Shown here: positions 1 through 11,006 of the stretch, piece by piece
Layout of the letters: each line of letters begins with the position of its first letter
Numbering within the stretch: position 1 is the first letter of the stretch
Origin: Caldisericota bacterium
GTDB taxonomy: Bacteria > Caldisericota > JANLFM01
Assembly: GCA_024655965.1 (NCBI GenBank)
Contig: JANLFL010000006.1
Span: forward strand, 879-64,878
Direction: 5' to 3'
Length of the DNA stretch: 64,000 nucleotides
Program-made: the position numbers and the translations under genes
The notes under the pieces: model-generated
What the model saw: the letters and a program-made list of their open reading frames with translations, nothing else
Told to the model about the DNA's origin: nothing
Databases searched by the model: none

Positions 1-154
1 AAAGAAGATGGCCGGTCACATGGGATTGAAAAGGGTTACAGTTCGGAACCTCCAAGTAGTTCAGGTTTCCCCCGAGAGAAATCTCCTTTTTGTGAAAGGA
101 AGCGTTCCCGGTTCTCGGGGATCTCTGGTTTTGATTCAGGAGGAGGCAAGATGA
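1..154 (+). CDS. rplC: 50S ribosomal protein L3, C-terminal fragment (5' end lies outside the window)
   Basis: Frame 2 reads [45 protein letters not shown], the conserved L3 C-terminus. Its TGA at 152-154 overlaps the L4 ATG (ATGA). It sits in the expected position upstream of rplD. Confidence 0.85.
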   Translation, partial: KKMAGHMGLKRVTVRNLQVVQVSPERNLLFVKGSVPGSRGSLVLIQEEAR

Positions 155-777
155 GCGACATCAACGTGCCTATTTATAATCCCAGTGGAGAACAAACCGG
201 GACTGTGGAACTTCCGGAAAGGGTTTTTTCCGTTGAATTACATAAAGAGTCTATCCTTCGCGCTTTCCGACGCCAGATGGCCAACAAGAGAAGGGGGACT
301 GCCTGCACTCTCACCCGGGGAGAGGTCGCCGGAGGGGGAAGAAAACCATATCCCCAAAAAGGAACAGGAAACGCAAGGCAAGGGACCATCCGTTCTCCTC
401 TTTGGCCGGGAGGTGGAATTACCTTCGGGCCAAGGCCTCGTTCCTACGAAATGAAAATGCCTCAAGAGGAAAGGAGAAAGGCGATTTTCTCCCTTCTTTC
501 TGAAAAGGCGGCCAACGGTTACCTCCGGGTGATCGACCTTTCTGAACTTGAACCCAAGACCAAAAAGGTTGTCTCGGCATTTAAGTCCCTCGGTCTTGAG
601 GGCAAGGTTCTGATTGCCCTTGATGAAAGCGAAAACCAGGTGCTCAAGGCAGCCAGGAACATCCCTTTTGCTTCGGCGATCCTTTGGCAAAACCTTAACG
701 TGAGAGACCTTTTGGGTTGCGATTTTCTCCTTTTGAGCCAGAAAGCTCTGGGGAAAATAAAGGAGGTATGGGGATAA
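151..777 (+). CDS. rplD: 50S ribosomal protein L4
   Basis: 208-aa ORF with the L4 motif [30 protein letters not shown]10-operon synteny. Confidence 0.95.
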   Translation: MSDINVPIYNPSGEQTGTVELPERVFSVELHKESILRAFRRQMANKRRGTACTLTRGEVAGGGRKPYPQKGTGNARQGTIRSPLWPGGGITFGPRPRSYEMKMPQEERRKAIFSLLSEKAANGYLRVIDLSELEPKTKKVVSAFKSLGLEGKVLIALDESENQVLKAARNIPFASAILWQNLNVRDLLGCDFLLLSQKALGKIKEVWG

Positions 778-1067
778 TGAAAAATCCCACTGATATCATC
801 ATCAAACCCCTCTTGGTTGAAAAAGTAATGAGACAAAAGGAAGGCCCGAAGAAGTATGCCTTCCTGGTTGACCCAGGGGCCAATAAGAAAGAAATCAAAT
901 GGGCGGTTGAGACCATGTTCAAGGTTAAGGTCCAATCGGTGAATACAACAGTCCGGAAGAGCAAACCCAAGAGAACGAGGTTAATCCCTTCCCGGACTCC
1001 CCAGCGTAAGAAAGCCATTGTAGCCCTTCAACCTGGGCAGAGAATTGACATTCTGGAGAACCTATAG
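777..1067 (+). CDS. rplW: 50S ribosomal protein L23
   Basis: [17 protein letters not shown] is L23-like. The ATG at 777 lies 10 nt after AGGAGG. The ORF-track start at 717 would overlap L4 and is unlikely. Confidence 0.9.
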   Translation: MKNPTDIIIKPLLVEKVMRQKEGPKKYAFLVDPGANKKEIKWAVETMFKVKVQSVNTTVRKSKPKRTRLIPSRTPQRKKAIVALQPGQRIDILENL

Positions 1068-1076
1068 GAGTAACAG

Positions 1077-1904
1077 ATGGGGTTAAAAGTATATAAGCCA
1101 ACATCGCCTGGAATTCGATTCCGGGTTTCCTTAAACAGAAAAGAATTAGCTCCGAAGGAGCCCGAAAAATCCCTTGTCCGCCGACTGATGAAGAACGCTG
1201 GCCGGAACAACCAGGGTAAAATTACCGTTCGTCATCGGGGCGGAGGAGTTAAGAGACTCTACCGCATTATCGATTTTAAAAGGGATAAAGACGGGATTCC
1301 CGCGAAGGTTTCTTCCATCGAATACGATCCCAATCGCACTGCTTTCATTGCCCTTTTGACTTACGCCGATGGAGAGAAGCGGTACATCATCGCCCCCTCC
1401 GACTTAAAGGTAGGCGATACGGTGATCTCCGGAACAGACGTGGATATCAAGCCCGGAAACTGCCTTCCTTTGAGGAACATCCCCACTGGGACCTTCATCC
1501 ATAACATTGAGCTTCAGACCGGAAGAGGTGGGATCCTTGTCCGCTCCGCGGGAAGCGCTGCTCAACTTCTTGCCAAAGAGGGACCTCATGCTCATGTGCG
1601 TCTTCCCTCGGGCGAGGTTCGGCTAATTTCCCTTGATTGCCGGGCGACAATCGGCCAGGTTTCCAATATTGATCAGGAGAATATCTCCCTCGGAAAAGCG
1701 GGTCGCAGGCGTTTATTGGGCTGGCGTCCATCAGTGCGGGGTGTCGCCATGAATCCGGTCGACCATCCCCATGGTGGTGGTGAGGGAAGGTCTCCAGTAG
1801 GGATGCCCTCTCCGGTTAGCCCTTGGGGGAAGCCCACTTTAGGGTACAAGACCCGAAGAGGGAAGAAATATTCGGATAAATTGATCGTGAAGAGGCGGAG
1901 ATAA
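1077..1904 (+). CDS. rplB: 50S ribosomal protein L2
   Basis: 275 aa with [16 protein letters not shown] and [13 protein letters not shown] motifs. Confidence 0.97.
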   Translation: MGLKVYKPTSPGIRFRVSLNRKELAPKEPEKSLVRRLMKNAGRNNQGKITVRHRGGGVKRLYRIIDFKRDKDGIPAKVSSIEYDPNRTAFIALLTYADGEKRYIIAPSDLKVGDTVISGTDVDIKPGNCLPLRNIPTGTFIHNIELQTGRGGILVRSAGSAAQLLAKEGPHAHVRLPSGEVRLISLDCRATIGQVSNIDQENISLGKAGRRRLLGWRPSVRGVAMNPVDHPHGGGEGRSPVGMPSPVSPWGKPTLGYKTRRGKKYSDKLIVKRRR

Positions 1905-1906
1905 TT

Positions 1907-2191
1907 ATGGCACGCTCAAAGAAGAAAGGACCCTTTGTCGATCAGCATCTTCTGAAGAAAATTGAGGAGCTGAACCAGAAGGGCGAAAAGAGAATCATAA
2001 AAACTTGGTCCAGGCGCTCCACCATTGTCCCGATAATGGTTGGGCATACCATCGCAGTTCACAACGGAAAGGGCCATGTTCCAGTGTACATTACAGAACA
2101 GATGGTGGGACACAAGCTCGGGGAATTTGCCCCTACCAGGACCTTTAGAGGTCATGGCGAACCAACCGAGCGGTCCACAGCACTGAAGTGA
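1907..2191 (+). CDS. rpsS: 30S ribosomal protein S19
   Basis: [12 protein letters not shown]...VHNGK...GHKLGEF, a typical S19. Confidence 0.96.
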   Translation: MARSKKKGPFVDQHLLKKIEELNQKGEKRIIKTWSRRSTIVPIMVGHTIAVHNGKGHVPVYITEQMVGHKLGEFAPTRTFRGHGEPTERSTALK

Positions 2192-2199
2192 GGTCTGAA

Positions 2200-2538
2200 A
2201 TGGAAGTTAGAGCTCAATCCAAATTTATCCGGATTTCTCCTCAAAAGGCTCGAAGGGTGATGGAGCTCATTAAGGGGAAGCCCGTTAAGGAAGCGATGGC
2301 CATTTTGACCGTCCTTCCCCATAAAGGGGCTTTCCATTTAAAGAAGCTTTTGAAATCCGCCATTGCCAACGCCGAGAATAACTATGACCTCAAGGCTGAC
2401 GACCTTTTCGTATTCCGAGTTTTCGCAGACTCAGGCCCCATACTTCCCCGTTACCTTCCCAGGGCGAGGGGGAGAGCGGACAGGATAAAGAAAGGGTCCA
2501 GTCACTTAACCATCGTTGTCAAGGAGAGAGAGGAGTAG
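2200..2538 (+). CDS. rplV: 50S ribosomal protein L22
   Basis: [20 protein letters not shown] is L22-like. The ATG at 2200 follows GAGG by 6 nt. The GTG at 2188 is an alternative start. Confidence 0.92.
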   Translation: MEVRAQSKFIRISPQKARRVMELIKGKPVKEAMAILTVLPHKGAFHLKKLLKSAIANAENNYDLKADDLFVFRVFADSGPILPRYLPRARGRADRIKKGSSHLTIVVKEREE

Positions 2539-2540
2539 AA

Positions 2541-3218
2541 GTGGGACAGAAGACACATCCTTTTGGTTTACGATTAGGGATCATTAAAGATTGGCGGAGC
2601 AAGTGGTTCGCTCCCAAGAGGATTTTTGCTAAACAGCTCCACGAAGACATGACCATTCGGAAGATTATTAAGGAAAGGTTTGTGGCCAGCGGGATATCAA
2701 CCGTGGAAATTGAAAGATCTTACAACCGCATCAGGGTTACCATTCATACCGCCAAACCGGGAATGGTAATCGGAAAAGGTGGAGCCGGGATCGATGCCCT
2801 CAGGAAAGAACTGGAAGTTTTAACTGGAAAGCAGGTCCTTTTAAACATCGAGGAGATCCGCTATCCGGAGCTTGACGCTCAGCTTCTTGCTGAAAATGTC
2901 GCCCAGCAGATTGAAAAGAGGGTCTCCCATAAGAGGGCGATGAAGCTGGCCATTTCAAGGGCCCTAAAGGCTGGAGCTTTAGGAATTAAGATCCAGTGCA
3001 GCGGAAGGCTTGCGGGAGCAGATATTGCCCGTTCCGAGTGGTACAGGGAAGGGCGGGTTCCTCTTCAGACCTTGAGGGCGAACATTGATTACGGAACGGC
3101 GGAAGCCTTGATTAAGTACGGCCGAATTGGAGTGAAAGCCTGGATTTATAAGGGGGATGTGATTCCAGGAGTGTCTACCAGTCCCGCAAAACCCGAACAC
3201 AAAAGAGTCGAGGGATAA
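2541..3218 (+). CDS. rpsC: 30S ribosomal protein S3
   Basis: GTG start. [18 protein letters not shown] with a KH domain (GKGGAGI). Confidence 0.96.
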   Translation: MGQKTHPFGLRLGIIKDWRSKWFAPKRIFAKQLHEDMTIRKIIKERFVASGISTVEIERSYNRIRVTIHTAKPGMVIGKGGAGIDALRKELEVLTGKQVLLNIEEIRYPELDAQLLAENVAQQIEKRVSHKRAMKLAISRALKAGALGIKIQCSGRLAGADIARSEWYREGRVPLQTLRANIDYGTAEALIKYGRIGVKAWIYKGDVIPGVSTSPAKPEHKRVEG

Positions 3219-3233
3219 AAGGAGAAATTTGCC

Positions 3234-3680
3234 ATGTTAATGCCAAAAAGGGTCAAATATCGCAAAATGCACCGGGGACGAATGCGGGGAAAGGCATACC
3301 GCGGGAATAAACTCGCTTTCGGTGATTTTGGAGTTCAAGCCCTTGAGCCCTGCTGGCTCACCGCTCGTCAGATTGAGGCGGCAAGGATCGTCCTGACAAG
3401 GGCTTTGAGTAAGGGAGGGAAACTCTGGATTCGAGTTTTCCCCCATAAGCCAGTTACCAAACACCCTGCGGAAGCAAGGATGGGTGGAGGAAAAGGTTCC
3501 CCTGAATTCTGGGTAGCGGTGGTTAAGCCCGGGACCATCCTGTTTGAGATGACCGGCATCCCCAAGACCCAGGCGGAGGAAGCAGTCATACATGCCTCAC
3601 ACAAACTCCCGATAAAGGTGAGGTTCGTGGAAAGGGAATTGGAAGGCAGCGTGAAAGATGAAAGCCTTGAAGTTGCGTGA
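3234..3680 (+). CDS. rplP: 50S ribosomal protein L16
   Basis: [19 protein letters not shown]...[11 protein letters not shown]. Confidence 0.96.
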   Translation: MLMPKRVKYRKMHRGRMRGKAYRGNKLAFGDFGVQALEPCWLTARQIEAARIVLTRALSKGGKLWIRVFPHKPVTKHPAEARMGGGKGSPEFWVAVVKPGTILFEMTGIPKTQAEEAVIHASHKLPIKVRFVERELEGSVKDESLEVA

Positions 3681-3864
3681 TCTTACAATAGATGAATTGA
3701 AAGGGAAACTTGCTGACCTGAAAAGTGAGCTTTTTAATTTAAGGTTCCAGCTCTCCACTGGTCAGCTCAGGAACCCGATGCGCATTAAAGAGGTTCGCAA
3801 GGATATCGCCAGGATTCTTACCGTTATCCGCGAAAAAGAGCTCAGTTCAGAGGAAAAGATATGA
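3658..3864 (+). CDS. rpmC: 50S ribosomal protein L29
   Basis: 68 aa, [26 protein letters not shown]. Overlaps the 3' end of rplP by 23 nt. Confidence 0.93.
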   Translation: MKALKLRDLTIDELKGKLADLKSELFNLRFQLSTGQLRNPMRIKEVRKDIARILTVIREKELSSEEKI

Positions 3865-4151
3865 GTAAAGCAAAGGTAATTTTGGGTAAGGTTCTCTCAA
3901 ATAAAATGGAAAAGACTGTGGTGATTGGAGTAGAGCGAAGGTTTAAACATCCTCGTTACGGTAAGGTCATCTCCAAATTGACCAAGCTCTATGCCCATTC
4001 CGAGAAGCCCCTAAACCCTGGTGATGTTGTGGAGGTTGTCCAGACGAGGCCTTTGAGCAAGCTAAAAAGGTGGATGGTTCTCCGCGTAGTGACCAAGGGG
4101 ATGGGCGACCTGGGACTCCCCACGGAAAGCGAGGAGATCAGCAATGATTAG
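3861..4151 (+). CDS. rpsQ: 30S ribosomal protein S17
   Basis: [31 protein letters not shown] overlap with rpmC. Confidence 0.94.
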   Translation: MSKAKVILGKVLSNKMEKTVVIGVERRFKHPRYGKVISKLTKLYAHSEKPLNPGDVVEVVQTRPLSKLKRWMVLRVVTKGMGDLGLPTESEEISND

Positions 4152-4512
4152 GCCTTACACCAGATTGAAGGTTGCTGATAATACTGGTGCCAAAGAAGTC
4201 CTCTGCATCCGTGTTTTGGGGAGCCCAAACAAGAAATATGGCCGCGTGGGAGACGTTATCGTTTGCACAGTTAAAGAAGCCTCCCCGGGAGGGTCAGTGG
4301 GCAAGGGCGATATAGTGAAAGCGGTCATCGTTCGGACAAAAAAGGAAACCAGGAGACCCGATGGTTCCCTTGTCCGCTTTGACCAGAATGCCGCTGTAAT
4401 CATTGATGAAACCGGTAACCCAAAAGGGACAAGAATTTTTGGACCCGTTTGCAGAGAACTTAGGGATAAGGGTTACATGAAGATCATTTCGTTGGCACCG
4501 GAGGTTGTGTGA
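4144..4512 (+). CDS. rplN: 50S ribosomal protein L14
   Basis: [19 protein letters not shown]...IFGPV.REL, 122 aa. Confidence 0.97.
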   Translation: MIRPYTRLKVADNTGAKEVLCIRVLGSPNKKYGRVGDVIVCTVKEASPGGSVGKGDIVKAVIVRTKKETRRPDGSLVRFDQNAAVIIDETGNPKGTRIFGPVCRELRDKGYMKIISLAPEVV

Positions 4513-4850
4513 TGACTTCGATTACTCCCGTTAAGACCCAAATCCGAAAGGGAGACTTTGTAGTTGTCCTTTCGGGAGATGATAAAGGAAAGAAGGGCAA
4601 GGTCCTTAAGGTTTTCCCTTCTAAAGGTAGGCTCATTGTCGAGGGCATCAACATAGTCAAAAAGCATACTCGGCCCTCCCAGAAAATGCCTCAGGGAGGA
4701 ACAGTGACCATTGAACAGCCCCTCCCTATAAGCCGGGTAATGTTGATTTGCCCGGCATGCAAGAAGCCGACCCGGACCACCCGGGAAGAGGTTTCTGGGG
4801 GAAAGAGGGTCCGGATTTGCAAAAAGTGTGGAGAGGTTATCGATAAATAA
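4512..4850 (+). CDS. rplX: 50S ribosomal protein L24 with a C-terminal CxxC...CxxC zinc ribbon
   Basis: KOW motif [21 protein letters not shown]. The C-terminus reads CPACKKPTR...[10 protein letters not shown]. The ATG at 4512 overlaps the rplN TGA. The GTG at 4509 is an alternative start. Confidence 0.92.
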   Translation: MTSITPVKTQIRKGDFVVVLSGDDKGKKGKVLKVFPSKGRLIVEGINIVKKHTRPSQKMPQGGTVTIEQPLPISRVMLICPACKKPTRTTREEVSGGKRVRICKKCGEVIDK

Positions 4851-5458
4851 TGGCTACGAAAAAATCCGTTTCCAAGACAAAGCAAGAAACCCAGGAGCCA
4901 GCCGTCCAGGAAGAACCGGGAAAGGCTCTTAAGGAGAGGTACCTCAACGAGGTGGTTCCCTCCTTAATGAAAAGGTTCAACTACTCCAACCTTATGGAGG
5001 TCCCCAAAATCTTGAAAGTGGTTGTTTCAAGAGGAGTAGGGGAGGCAGTGAGCAATCCCAAAGCCCTGGAGAATGCCGTTGAAGAACTTCAGGTGATTAC
5101 CGGTCAAAAGCCCCTGGTGACCAAAGCAAAGAAGTCCATTGCCTCGTTCAAATTAAGGACTGGGATGAAAATTGGATGCCTTGTGACCCTTAGGGGAAAG
5201 AGGATGTACGATTTTCTTGCCAAGTTGATTAATGTTGCTTTACCACGCATCCGGGACTTCAAAGGCGTTAATCCCAGAGGCTTCGATGGAAGGGGCAATT
5301 TTAACCTAGGCCTGAGGGAACAGTTGATCTTCCCGGAGATCTCATACGATAAGATCGACAAGGTCCGGGGGATGAACGTAACCATCGTCACCAATGCCAG
5401 GACTGACGAAGAGGCAAGGGCGCTCCTGGAATTACTTGGCGTCCCATTCAGATCTTAA
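4850..5458 (+). CDS. rplE: 50S ribosomal protein L5 with an N-terminal extension of about 24 aa
   Basis: The conserved L5 core starts at [19 protein letters not shown]. No in-frame ATG/GTG/TTG lies between 4850 and the core. TAATG junction with rplX. Confidence 0.93.
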   Translation: MATKKSVSKTKQETQEPAVQEEPGKALKERYLNEVVPSLMKRFNYSNLMEVPKILKVVVSRGVGEAVSNPKALENAVEELQVITGQKPLVTKAKKSIASFKLRTGMKIGCLVTLRGKRMYDFLAKLINVALPRIRDFKGVNPRGFDGRGNFNLGLREQLIFPEISYDKIDKVRGMNVTIVTNARTDEEARALLELLGVPFRS

Positions 5459-5470
5459 TGGAGGTTTAAA

Positions 5471-5656
5471 TTGGCGAGAAAAGCTTTAATTGAAAAGCAA
5501 AGGGCAAAACAGAAATATCCGGTAAGGCATTACAACCGTTGCTTGCGTTGTGGAAGACCCAGGGCCTACTACCGGAGGTTCGGGCTCTGCAGGATTTGCC
5601 TGAGGGAGCTTTCCTTGAAAGGCGAAATCCCGGGAGTCAAGAAAGCGAGCTGGTAG
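5471..5656 (+). CDS. rpsZ: 30S ribosomal protein S14, zinc-binding type Z
   Basis: 61 aa with a TTG start. [20 protein letters not shown] is a four-Cys motif. Confidence 0.93.
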   Translation: MARKALIEKQRAKQKYPVRHYNRCLRCGRPRAYYRRFGLCRICLRELSLKGEIPGVKKASW

Positions 5657-5666
5657 GAGAGAAGAA

Positions 5667-6065
5667 ATGGTAAACTCTGACCCAATTTCCGATATGCTAA
5701 CCAGAATTCGCAATGCAAACCTCGCTTACCACGAATCGGTAGAGATCCCCGCTTCAAAAATCAAAACCGAAATCGCTCGAATTCTAAAAGAGGAAGGATA
5801 CATCAATGATTTCGTGGTCGATTCCTCCTCGGGGCACGATGTCCTTCGGGTTTTTTTGAAGTACGGACCCAAGAAGGAACGGATCATTACTGGAATTAAG
5901 CGGGTGTCAAAACCGGGACGGCGTGTCTACGTTGGAAAGGACAAGATCCCAAGGGTTTTAAGGGGTTTGGGAATAGCCATTATTTCCACTTCAAAAGGGC
6001 TCCTTACTGATAAGGAAGCCAGAAAACTTGGGGAAGGTGGCGAGGTATTATGTTACATCTGGTAA
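5667..6065 (+). CDS. rpsH: 30S ribosomal protein S8
   Basis: [21 protein letters not shown]...GGEVLCYIW. Confidence 0.96.
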   Translation: MVNSDPISDMLTRIRNANLAYHESVEIPASKIKTEIARILKEEGYINDFVVDSSSGHDVLRVFLKYGPKKERIITGIKRVSKPGRRVYVGKDKIPRVLRGLGIAIISTSKGLLTDKEARKLGEGGEVLCYIW

Positions 6066-6075
6066 GGAGTAAAAA

Positions 6076-6624
6076 ATGTCACGGATAGGTAAAAAACCAA
6101 TTCCTATACCTCAGGGAGTTACCGTTGATTTGAAAGATCATACGGTGCGGGTTAAAGGGCCCAAAGGGATCCTGGAGAGAAGCCTTCCTCCCAGCATTGA
6201 AGTTTTTTTGGAGGAGGGAAAGATATTTGTTAAGCGACCAAATGACGATAAAGAGAACAGGGCTCTGCACGGTTTAACCCGAGCCTTGCTTGCTAACATG
6301 GTAATGGGAGTAACCGAGGGCTTTTCAAAGGTCCTGGAGCTCTCCGGGGTAGGGTACAAAGCACAGGTTCAGGGAAGCAAGCTCATTTTAAACGTGGGCT
6401 ACACCCATCCGGTAGTCTTCGAGGCCCCCCAGGGGATCTCAGTGACAACCGATGGCATGAAGATTACTGTCTCTGGAGCTGACAAAGAGGCTGTCGGGGC
6501 TTTTGCCGCCAAAATTAGAGCCACCCGGAATCCGGATCCTTACAAAGCCAAGGGAGTGAAGTACGAGGGTGAAATCATCCGGAGAAAAGCGGGTAAGGCT
6601 CTCGGAAAAGGCACTGGAAAATAG
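6076..6624 (+). CDS. rplF: 50S ribosomal protein L6
   Basis: [15 protein letters not shown]...[12 protein letters not shown]. Confidence 0.96.
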   Translation: MSRIGKKPIPIPQGVTVDLKDHTVRVKGPKGILERSLPPSIEVFLEEGKIFVKRPNDDKENRALHGLTRALLANMVMGVTEGFSKVLELSGVGYKAQVQGSKLILNVGYTHPVVFEAPQGISVTTDGMKITVSGADKEAVGAFAAKIRATRNPDPYKAKGVKYEGEIIRRKAGKALGKGTGK

Positions 6625-6632
6625 GTGAAAAA

Positions 6633-6998
6633 ATGGCTTACGTGAAGAGTAAAGATAAACGAGAGATACGGCACAAGCGAGTGAGAAGGAAAGTGATCGG
6701 GGATGCAGAGCGTCCCAGACTTTCCGTCTTTCGGGCATTAAGGCATATTTATGCCCAGGTGATAGATGATTCAAGTGGACGGACCCTGGTCAGTGCCTCG
6801 AGCCTTGATGAGGAAATTAAATCTCGGGCTTCTGGACTGAAGAAAACAGAGGTTGCAGCTTTAGTGGGAGCCCTGGTCGCCCAGAGGTGCAAGAGCAAGG
6901 GTATAAATAAGGTGGTTTTTGACCGGGGAGGCTATAAGTTTCACGGAAGGGTTAAGGCCCTGGCTGATGCTGCAAGATCTTCAGGGCTGGAGTTCTAA
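6633..6998 (+). CDS. rplR: 50S ribosomal protein L18
   Basis: [20 protein letters not shown]...[20 protein letters not shown]. Confidence 0.95.
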   Translation: MAYVKSKDKREIRHKRVRRKVIGDAERPRLSVFRALRHIYAQVIDDSSGRTLVSASSLDEEIKSRASGLKKTEVAALVGALVAQRCKSKGINKVVFDRGGYKFHGRVKALADAARSSGLEF

Positions 6999-7010
6999 TT
7001 AGGAGGAATA

Positions 7011-7511
7011 ATGGCTCGAATCGATACCACAGGTTTAGAATTGCAGGAAAGGGTAATCCAGATTCGAAGGGTTACTAAGGTTGTCCAGGGCGGAAAACGC
7101 TTAAAATTCCGCGTTGTCGTGGTAGTAGGCGATTCCCAGGGACATGTCGGGGTTGGAGTTGGAAAAGCCGCGGAAATTCCCAACGCAGTAAGAAAAGGGG
7201 TGGAGGATGCTAAAAAGAGGATGATCGAGGTTCCCCTCTCCGGAACTACAATTCCCCATGAGACCACCGGAAAAGCAGGAGCGGGAATTGTCTTCCTCAA
7301 ACCCGCTGTACCTGGCACAGGTGTAATTGCCGGGGGAGCAGTTCGTGCAGTAATGGAACTTGCGGGAATTAAGGACGTCCTCTCCAAATCCCTTGGATCG
7401 AACAATGCTCTGAATATGGCAAGGGCTGCGGTGAAAGCCCTGGAAGTTTTGAAAAGTCCCGAAGTTGTGGCGCGAAATAGAGGAAAGAAAGTCCACGAAT
7501 TATGGAGTTAG
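7011..7511 (+). CDS. rpsE: 30S ribosomal protein S5
   Basis: [27 protein letters not shown]...[11 protein letters not shown]. Confidence 0.96.
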   Translation: MARIDTTGLELQERVIQIRRVTKVVQGGKRLKFRVVVVVGDSQGHVGVGVGKAAEIPNAVRKGVEDAKKRMIEVPLSGTTIPHETTGKAGAGIVFLKPAVPGTGVIAGGAVRAVMELAGIKDVLSKSLGSNNALNMARAAVKALEVLKSPEVVARNRGKKVHELWS

Positions 7512-7516
7512 ATGAC

Positions 7517-7960
7517 ATGAAATTGCACAATCTGAACAAGCTCTCCGGCATTAAAAAGCCAAAGAGGGTTGGCCGCGGACCGGGCTCTGGTCACGGAAAA
7601 ACCTCAACATACGGGCATAAAGGTCAAAAGGCCCGATCGGGAGGAACCAAGAGATTAGGATTCGAAGGGGGTCAAATTCCTCTATACCGTCGTCTTCCCC
7701 AGCGGAAAGGCTTCAAACCACTTGCCAAAACCTTCCCCTCCCTGGTTAACCTATCCCAGTTGAACATCTTTGAGGATGGAACAACAGTCACCAAGGGGCT
7801 TTTGTACGAAAAGGGCTTGATCAGGTCCCTCGATGTCCCCGTGAAAATATTGGGAAACGGGGAACTCAAGAGGAAACTGATTATCCAGGCGGAATCTTTC
7901 TCCCAGAAAGCCCTTGAAAAGATCAAGCAGGCTGGAGCAAAGGCGGAGGTAAAAGGCTAA
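7517..7960 (+). CDS. rplO: 50S ribosomal protein L15
   Basis: MKLHNLNKLSGIKKPKRVGRGPGSGHGKTS. The ATG at 7517 follows GGAG by about 9 nt. The ATG at 7502 is an alternative start. The gene directly follows rpsE, with no rpmD between them. Confidence 0.92.
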   Translation: MKLHNLNKLSGIKKPKRVGRGPGSGHGKTSTYGHKGQKARSGGTKRLGFEGGQIPLYRRLPQRKGFKPLAKTFPSLVNLSQLNIFEDGTTVTKGLLYEKGLIRSLDVPVKILGNGELKRKLIIQAESFSQKALEKIKQAGAKAEVKG

Positions 7961-9237
7961 TGGCTGTCCTTGAAACCATTCGAAATGCATGGAAGATTCA
8001 AGATTTAAGGCGCCGGATTATCCTCACCTTGGCACTTCTGGTCCTCTTTCGCTTGGGAGCATTCGTCCCCGTTCCTGGAGTGGATGTCCAGGAGATTCAG
8101 AAGATTGCCACCGCAGGTGGACTTCTGGGCCTTTTGAACCTCTTCTCGGGGGGAAGCCTTTTGAATTTCGGGGTCCTCTCCTTGGGGGTCCTTCCCTACA
8201 TCAACGCTTCGATTATCATGCAGCTTCTTCAGATGGTGATCCCGAAATTAAAGGAGATGGCCAAAGAAGGCGGAGAGCAGGGAAGAAGGAAACTGGCCCA
8301 GTACAGCAGGTACCTCTCCCTCGCCCTAGCCTTTCTGGAAGCTTTTTTCTTTTTGATTTATCTTGAACGGTCAGGAGTTGCCATTTCCCCTGACACCTTC
8401 CTCACCAAGATGGTTATCGTCCTCTCCCTCGCAGTGGGTGCCCTCTTGACCCTCTGGATTGGAGAGGAGATCACCGAGAAGGGAATCGGGAATGGAGTTT
8501 CCTTGATCATTTTCATCGGAATTGTAGCCAGGCTTCTACCCGGAGCCATTGAAGCAGGAAGTTTGCTTGCCACCGGGGAACTTCCCGTCCCCGAGCTAAT
8601 CCTTGTTCTTTTAATCTCTTTATTCATTATCGCGGGAGTAATCACAGCATACACCGCCGAGCGGAAGGTCCCTGTACAATACGCAAAAAGGGTTGTGGGA
8701 AGAAGGATGTATGGGGGACAATCCACTTTCATCCCTCTTCGGCTTATTCAAGCGGGAGTCCTTCCCATTATTTTCGCTCAGGCGATCCTCATGTTCCCAG
8801 TCACCTTGGCGGGATTTATCCCTTCCCTTTCGAACTTTGCCCAGATCTTTTACAGCACTACTTCCTGGGTCTACAACGTGCTCCTATTCCTCTTAATCAT
8901 CGGATTCACCTATTTCTACACCTCGATGACCTTTAACCCTACCGAGCTTGCGGATAACCTTCAAAAGTACGGGGGCTTTGTCCCTGGTGTGAGGCCCGGT
9001 TATCCCACCTCAATTTACTTCTCCCGAATCCTTGGCAGGATTACCCTCCCGGCCTCCATTTTTCTTGGGATCTTGGCCATATTGCCCAATTTCTTCATGC
9101 CCCTTCTTGGCGTCCCGGGGACAAGGTTCCTTTTCGGGGGGACTTCCATCCTGATCGTTATCGGAGTTGCCCTTGAAACTGTTAAGCAAATTGAGGCCTT
9201 CATGCTCATGAGGCACTACGAGGGGTTCTTAAGGTAA
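7960..9237 (+). CDS. secY: Preprotein translocase subunit SecY
   Basis: 425 aa and polytopic. Conserved GVLPYINASIIMQLL and GGTSILIVIGVALET. TAATG junction with rplO. Confidence 0.96.
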   Translation: MAVLETIRNAWKIQDLRRRIILTLALLVLFRLGAFVPVPGVDVQEIQKIATAGGLLGLLNLFSGGSLLNFGVLSLGVLPYINASIIMQLLQMVIPKLKEMAKEGGEQGRRKLAQYSRYLSLALAFLEAFFFLIYLERSGVAISPDTFLTKMVIVLSLAVGALLTLWIGEEITEKGIGNGVSLIIFIGIVARLLPGAIEAGSLLATGELPVPELILVLLISLFIIAGVITAYTAERKVPVQYAKRVVGRRMYGGQSTFIPLRLIQAGVLPIIFAQAILMFPVTLAGFIPSLSNFAQIFYSTTSWVYNVLLFLLIIGFTYFYTSMTFNPTELADNLQKYGGFVPGVRPGYPTSIYFSRILGRITLPASIFLGILAILPNFFMPLLGVPGTRFLFGGTSILIVIGVALETVKQIEAFMLMRHYEGFLR

Positions 9238-9238
9238 A

Positions 9239-9868
9239 ATGAATCTCATATTTCTTGGCCCTCCGGGCGCGGGGAAGGGAACACAAGCAAAAATTATTTG
9301 CCAGGAATTCGGGTATACCTATCTTGGAACCGGTGATCTTCTCCGATCACTTGTCTCCCGTAGTGATCCTCTGGCCTTGAAGGCCAAGGAATTCATGGAA
9401 AAAGGGGAATTGGTTCCGGATTCGTTGATGGTGGAGATTGTTTCCGGACAGCTTAAGACCTTGAAAAATGGGTTCATCCTCGACGGTTTCCCCAGAACGC
9501 TTGAACAGGCCCAGATTTTGGAGGAAATGCTCAAGGAGTTGGGGATCCAGATCGATCACGTGATCTATTTCCACCTGGATGATGCGGAAGCGGAAAATCG
9601 GCTTTCCAATCGGTACCAGTGCAAAAATTGCGGAAATATATATAATAGTAATCTTGGCCAGTGCCCGAAATGCGGAGGGAGCCTTTTCCGGCGGAAAGAC
9701 GATGAACCCGAAACAATAAGAAAAAGGCTCGAGGTGTACCATCTGCAAACCGCACCTCTTCTCGAATACTATGAAAGAAGAGGAAAATTAAAGCGGATCG
9801 ACGCCCAGGGCAGCGTTGAGGAAATTTCTGGGCGAATAAAATCAATTTTGAGAAATGGTAAAAATTAA
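9239..9868 (+). CDS. adk: Adenylate kinase with a zinc-lid
   Basis: P-loop GPPGAGKGTQA. The lid reads CKNCGNIY...CPKCGG. Confidence 0.96.
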   Translation: MNLIFLGPPGAGKGTQAKIICQEFGYTYLGTGDLLRSLVSRSDPLALKAKEFMEKGELVPDSLMVEIVSGQLKTLKNGFILDGFPRTLEQAQILEEMLKELGIQIDHVIYFHLDDAEAENRLSNRYQCKNCGNIYNSNLGQCPKCGGSLFRRKDDEPETIRKRLEVYHLQTAPLLEYYERRGKLKRIDAQGSVEEISGRIKSILRNGKN

Positions 9869-10604
9869 AAGTAAAGGGGAAATTGACAAAATCCAAAAGG
9901 CGGGGTCGATCTTAAGCCGGGTTTTAAAGCTTCTAAAAGAGGCAGTAAAACCCGGGATTAAGACTCTGGAACTCGATTCTCTTGCGGAAAGGGCTATTCT
10001 CACCGCAGGAGGCCTACCCGCATTTAAAGGGTACCGGGGTTTTCCCGCTTCCCTTTGCGTTTCCGTAAACGACGAAGTTGTCCATGGAATTCCGGGTAAT
10101 CGAGTCCTGAAAGAGGGAGATATTGTCTCCCTCGACCTGGGAGTCGTAGTAGATGGTTATTATGCGGATGCCGCCATCACTGTTCCAGTGGGAAGGGTCT
10201 CCCCTCTGGCTCAAAAATTGCTCTTTGTTTGTCGGGAGGCCTTAATGGCTGGGATCCGAAATGCCTTTCCCCGAAAGCACCTCAATGATATTTCCTCAGC
10301 CATTCAGAATGAAGCAGAGAGACATGGTTTTTCCGTTGTCCGGGACTTCGTGGGCCACGGAATAGGTAGGGCACTTCACGAGGAGCCCCAGGTACCCAAT
10401 TTTTCCATCCCGGAGAATGGATTGATTCTGGAGGAGGGAATGACTTTAGCTATTGAACCAATGGTCAACACCGGAACCTATCAGGTCAAGGTCCGGCCGG
10501 ATGGGTGGACCGTAATTACCCAGGATGGTGGATTGTCTGCTCACTTTGAGCATACTGTGGCAATCACCAGTAGCGGGCCAAAAATCCTAACGGAGTTCAA
10601 ATGA
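9855..10604 (+). CDS. map: Type I methionine aminopeptidase
   Basis: [32 protein letters not shown] and HFEHTV are M24A metal-ligand motifs. Confidence 0.95.
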   Translation: MVKIKSKGEIDKIQKAGSILSRVLKLLKEAVKPGIKTLELDSLAERAILTAGGLPAFKGYRGFPASLCVSVNDEVVHGIPGNRVLKEGDIVSLDLGVVVDGYYADAAITVPVGRVSPLAQKLLFVCREALMAGIRNAFPRKHLNDISSAIQNEAERHGFSVVRDFVGHGIGRALHEEPQVPNFSIPENGLILEEGMTLAIEPMVNTGTYQVKVRPDGWTVITQDGGLSAHFEHTVAITSSGPKILTEFK

Positions 10605-10876
10605 GAAAAAAGAGTTCAGGAAAGGGGAAGACAGTTCCTGGGAGGGATCACTATAGCGAGAAAGCCCGGGAGGGCTTTATCGAGGTTGAAGGAAGAGTGG
10701 TGGAAGCGTTACCCAACGCCACATTCCGGGTCGAGCTTCCCAATGGGCACAAAATCCTTGCCCATGCTTCGGGGAAGATGCGGATTCACTACATCAAAGT
10801 TTTACCCGGGGACAGGGTTAAGGTTGAGGTTTCCCCCTACGACCTGAATCGCGGTCGCATAATTAGGAGATTGTGA
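10601..10876 (+). CDS. infA: Translation initiation factor IF-1 with an N-terminal extension of about 19 aa
   Basis: S1-like core [35 protein letters not shown]...[10 protein letters not shown]. The only in-frame canonical start is the ATG at 10601, which forms an ATGA overlap with map. Confidence 0.9.
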   Translation: MRKKSSGKGKTVPGRDHYSEKAREGFIEVEGRVVEALPNATFRVELPNGHKILAHASGKMRIHYIKVLPGDRVKVEVSPYDLNRGRIIRRL

Positions 10877-10889
10877 AAGAGGAGAGGAA

Positions 10890-11006
10890 ATGAAAGTCAG
10901 ACCATCGGTAAAGAAAATTTGCGAAAAGTGCAAAATCATCAAGCGAGAGAAAAAAGTGATGGTGATTTGCGAGAATCCAAAACATAAGCAGAGGCAGGGT
11001 AAATAA
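10890..11006 (+). CDS. rpmJ: 50S ribosomal protein L36
   Basis: Not in the ORF track (38 aa). My translation is [45 protein letters not shown] precedes the start. TAAATG junction with rpsM. Confidence 0.93.
   Translation: MKVRPSVKKICEKCKIIKREKKVMVICENPKHKQRQGK

Noticed and set aside
6995-7405. 136-aa minus-strand ORF opposite rpsE
   Set aside because: It is antisense to S5 within a tightly packed ribosomal operon. It is a shadow ORF.
7989-8366. 125-aa alternative-frame ORF inside secY
   Set aside because: It overlaps the conserved SecY frame, and its product is Pro/Gly/Ser/Arg-rich with no motifs.
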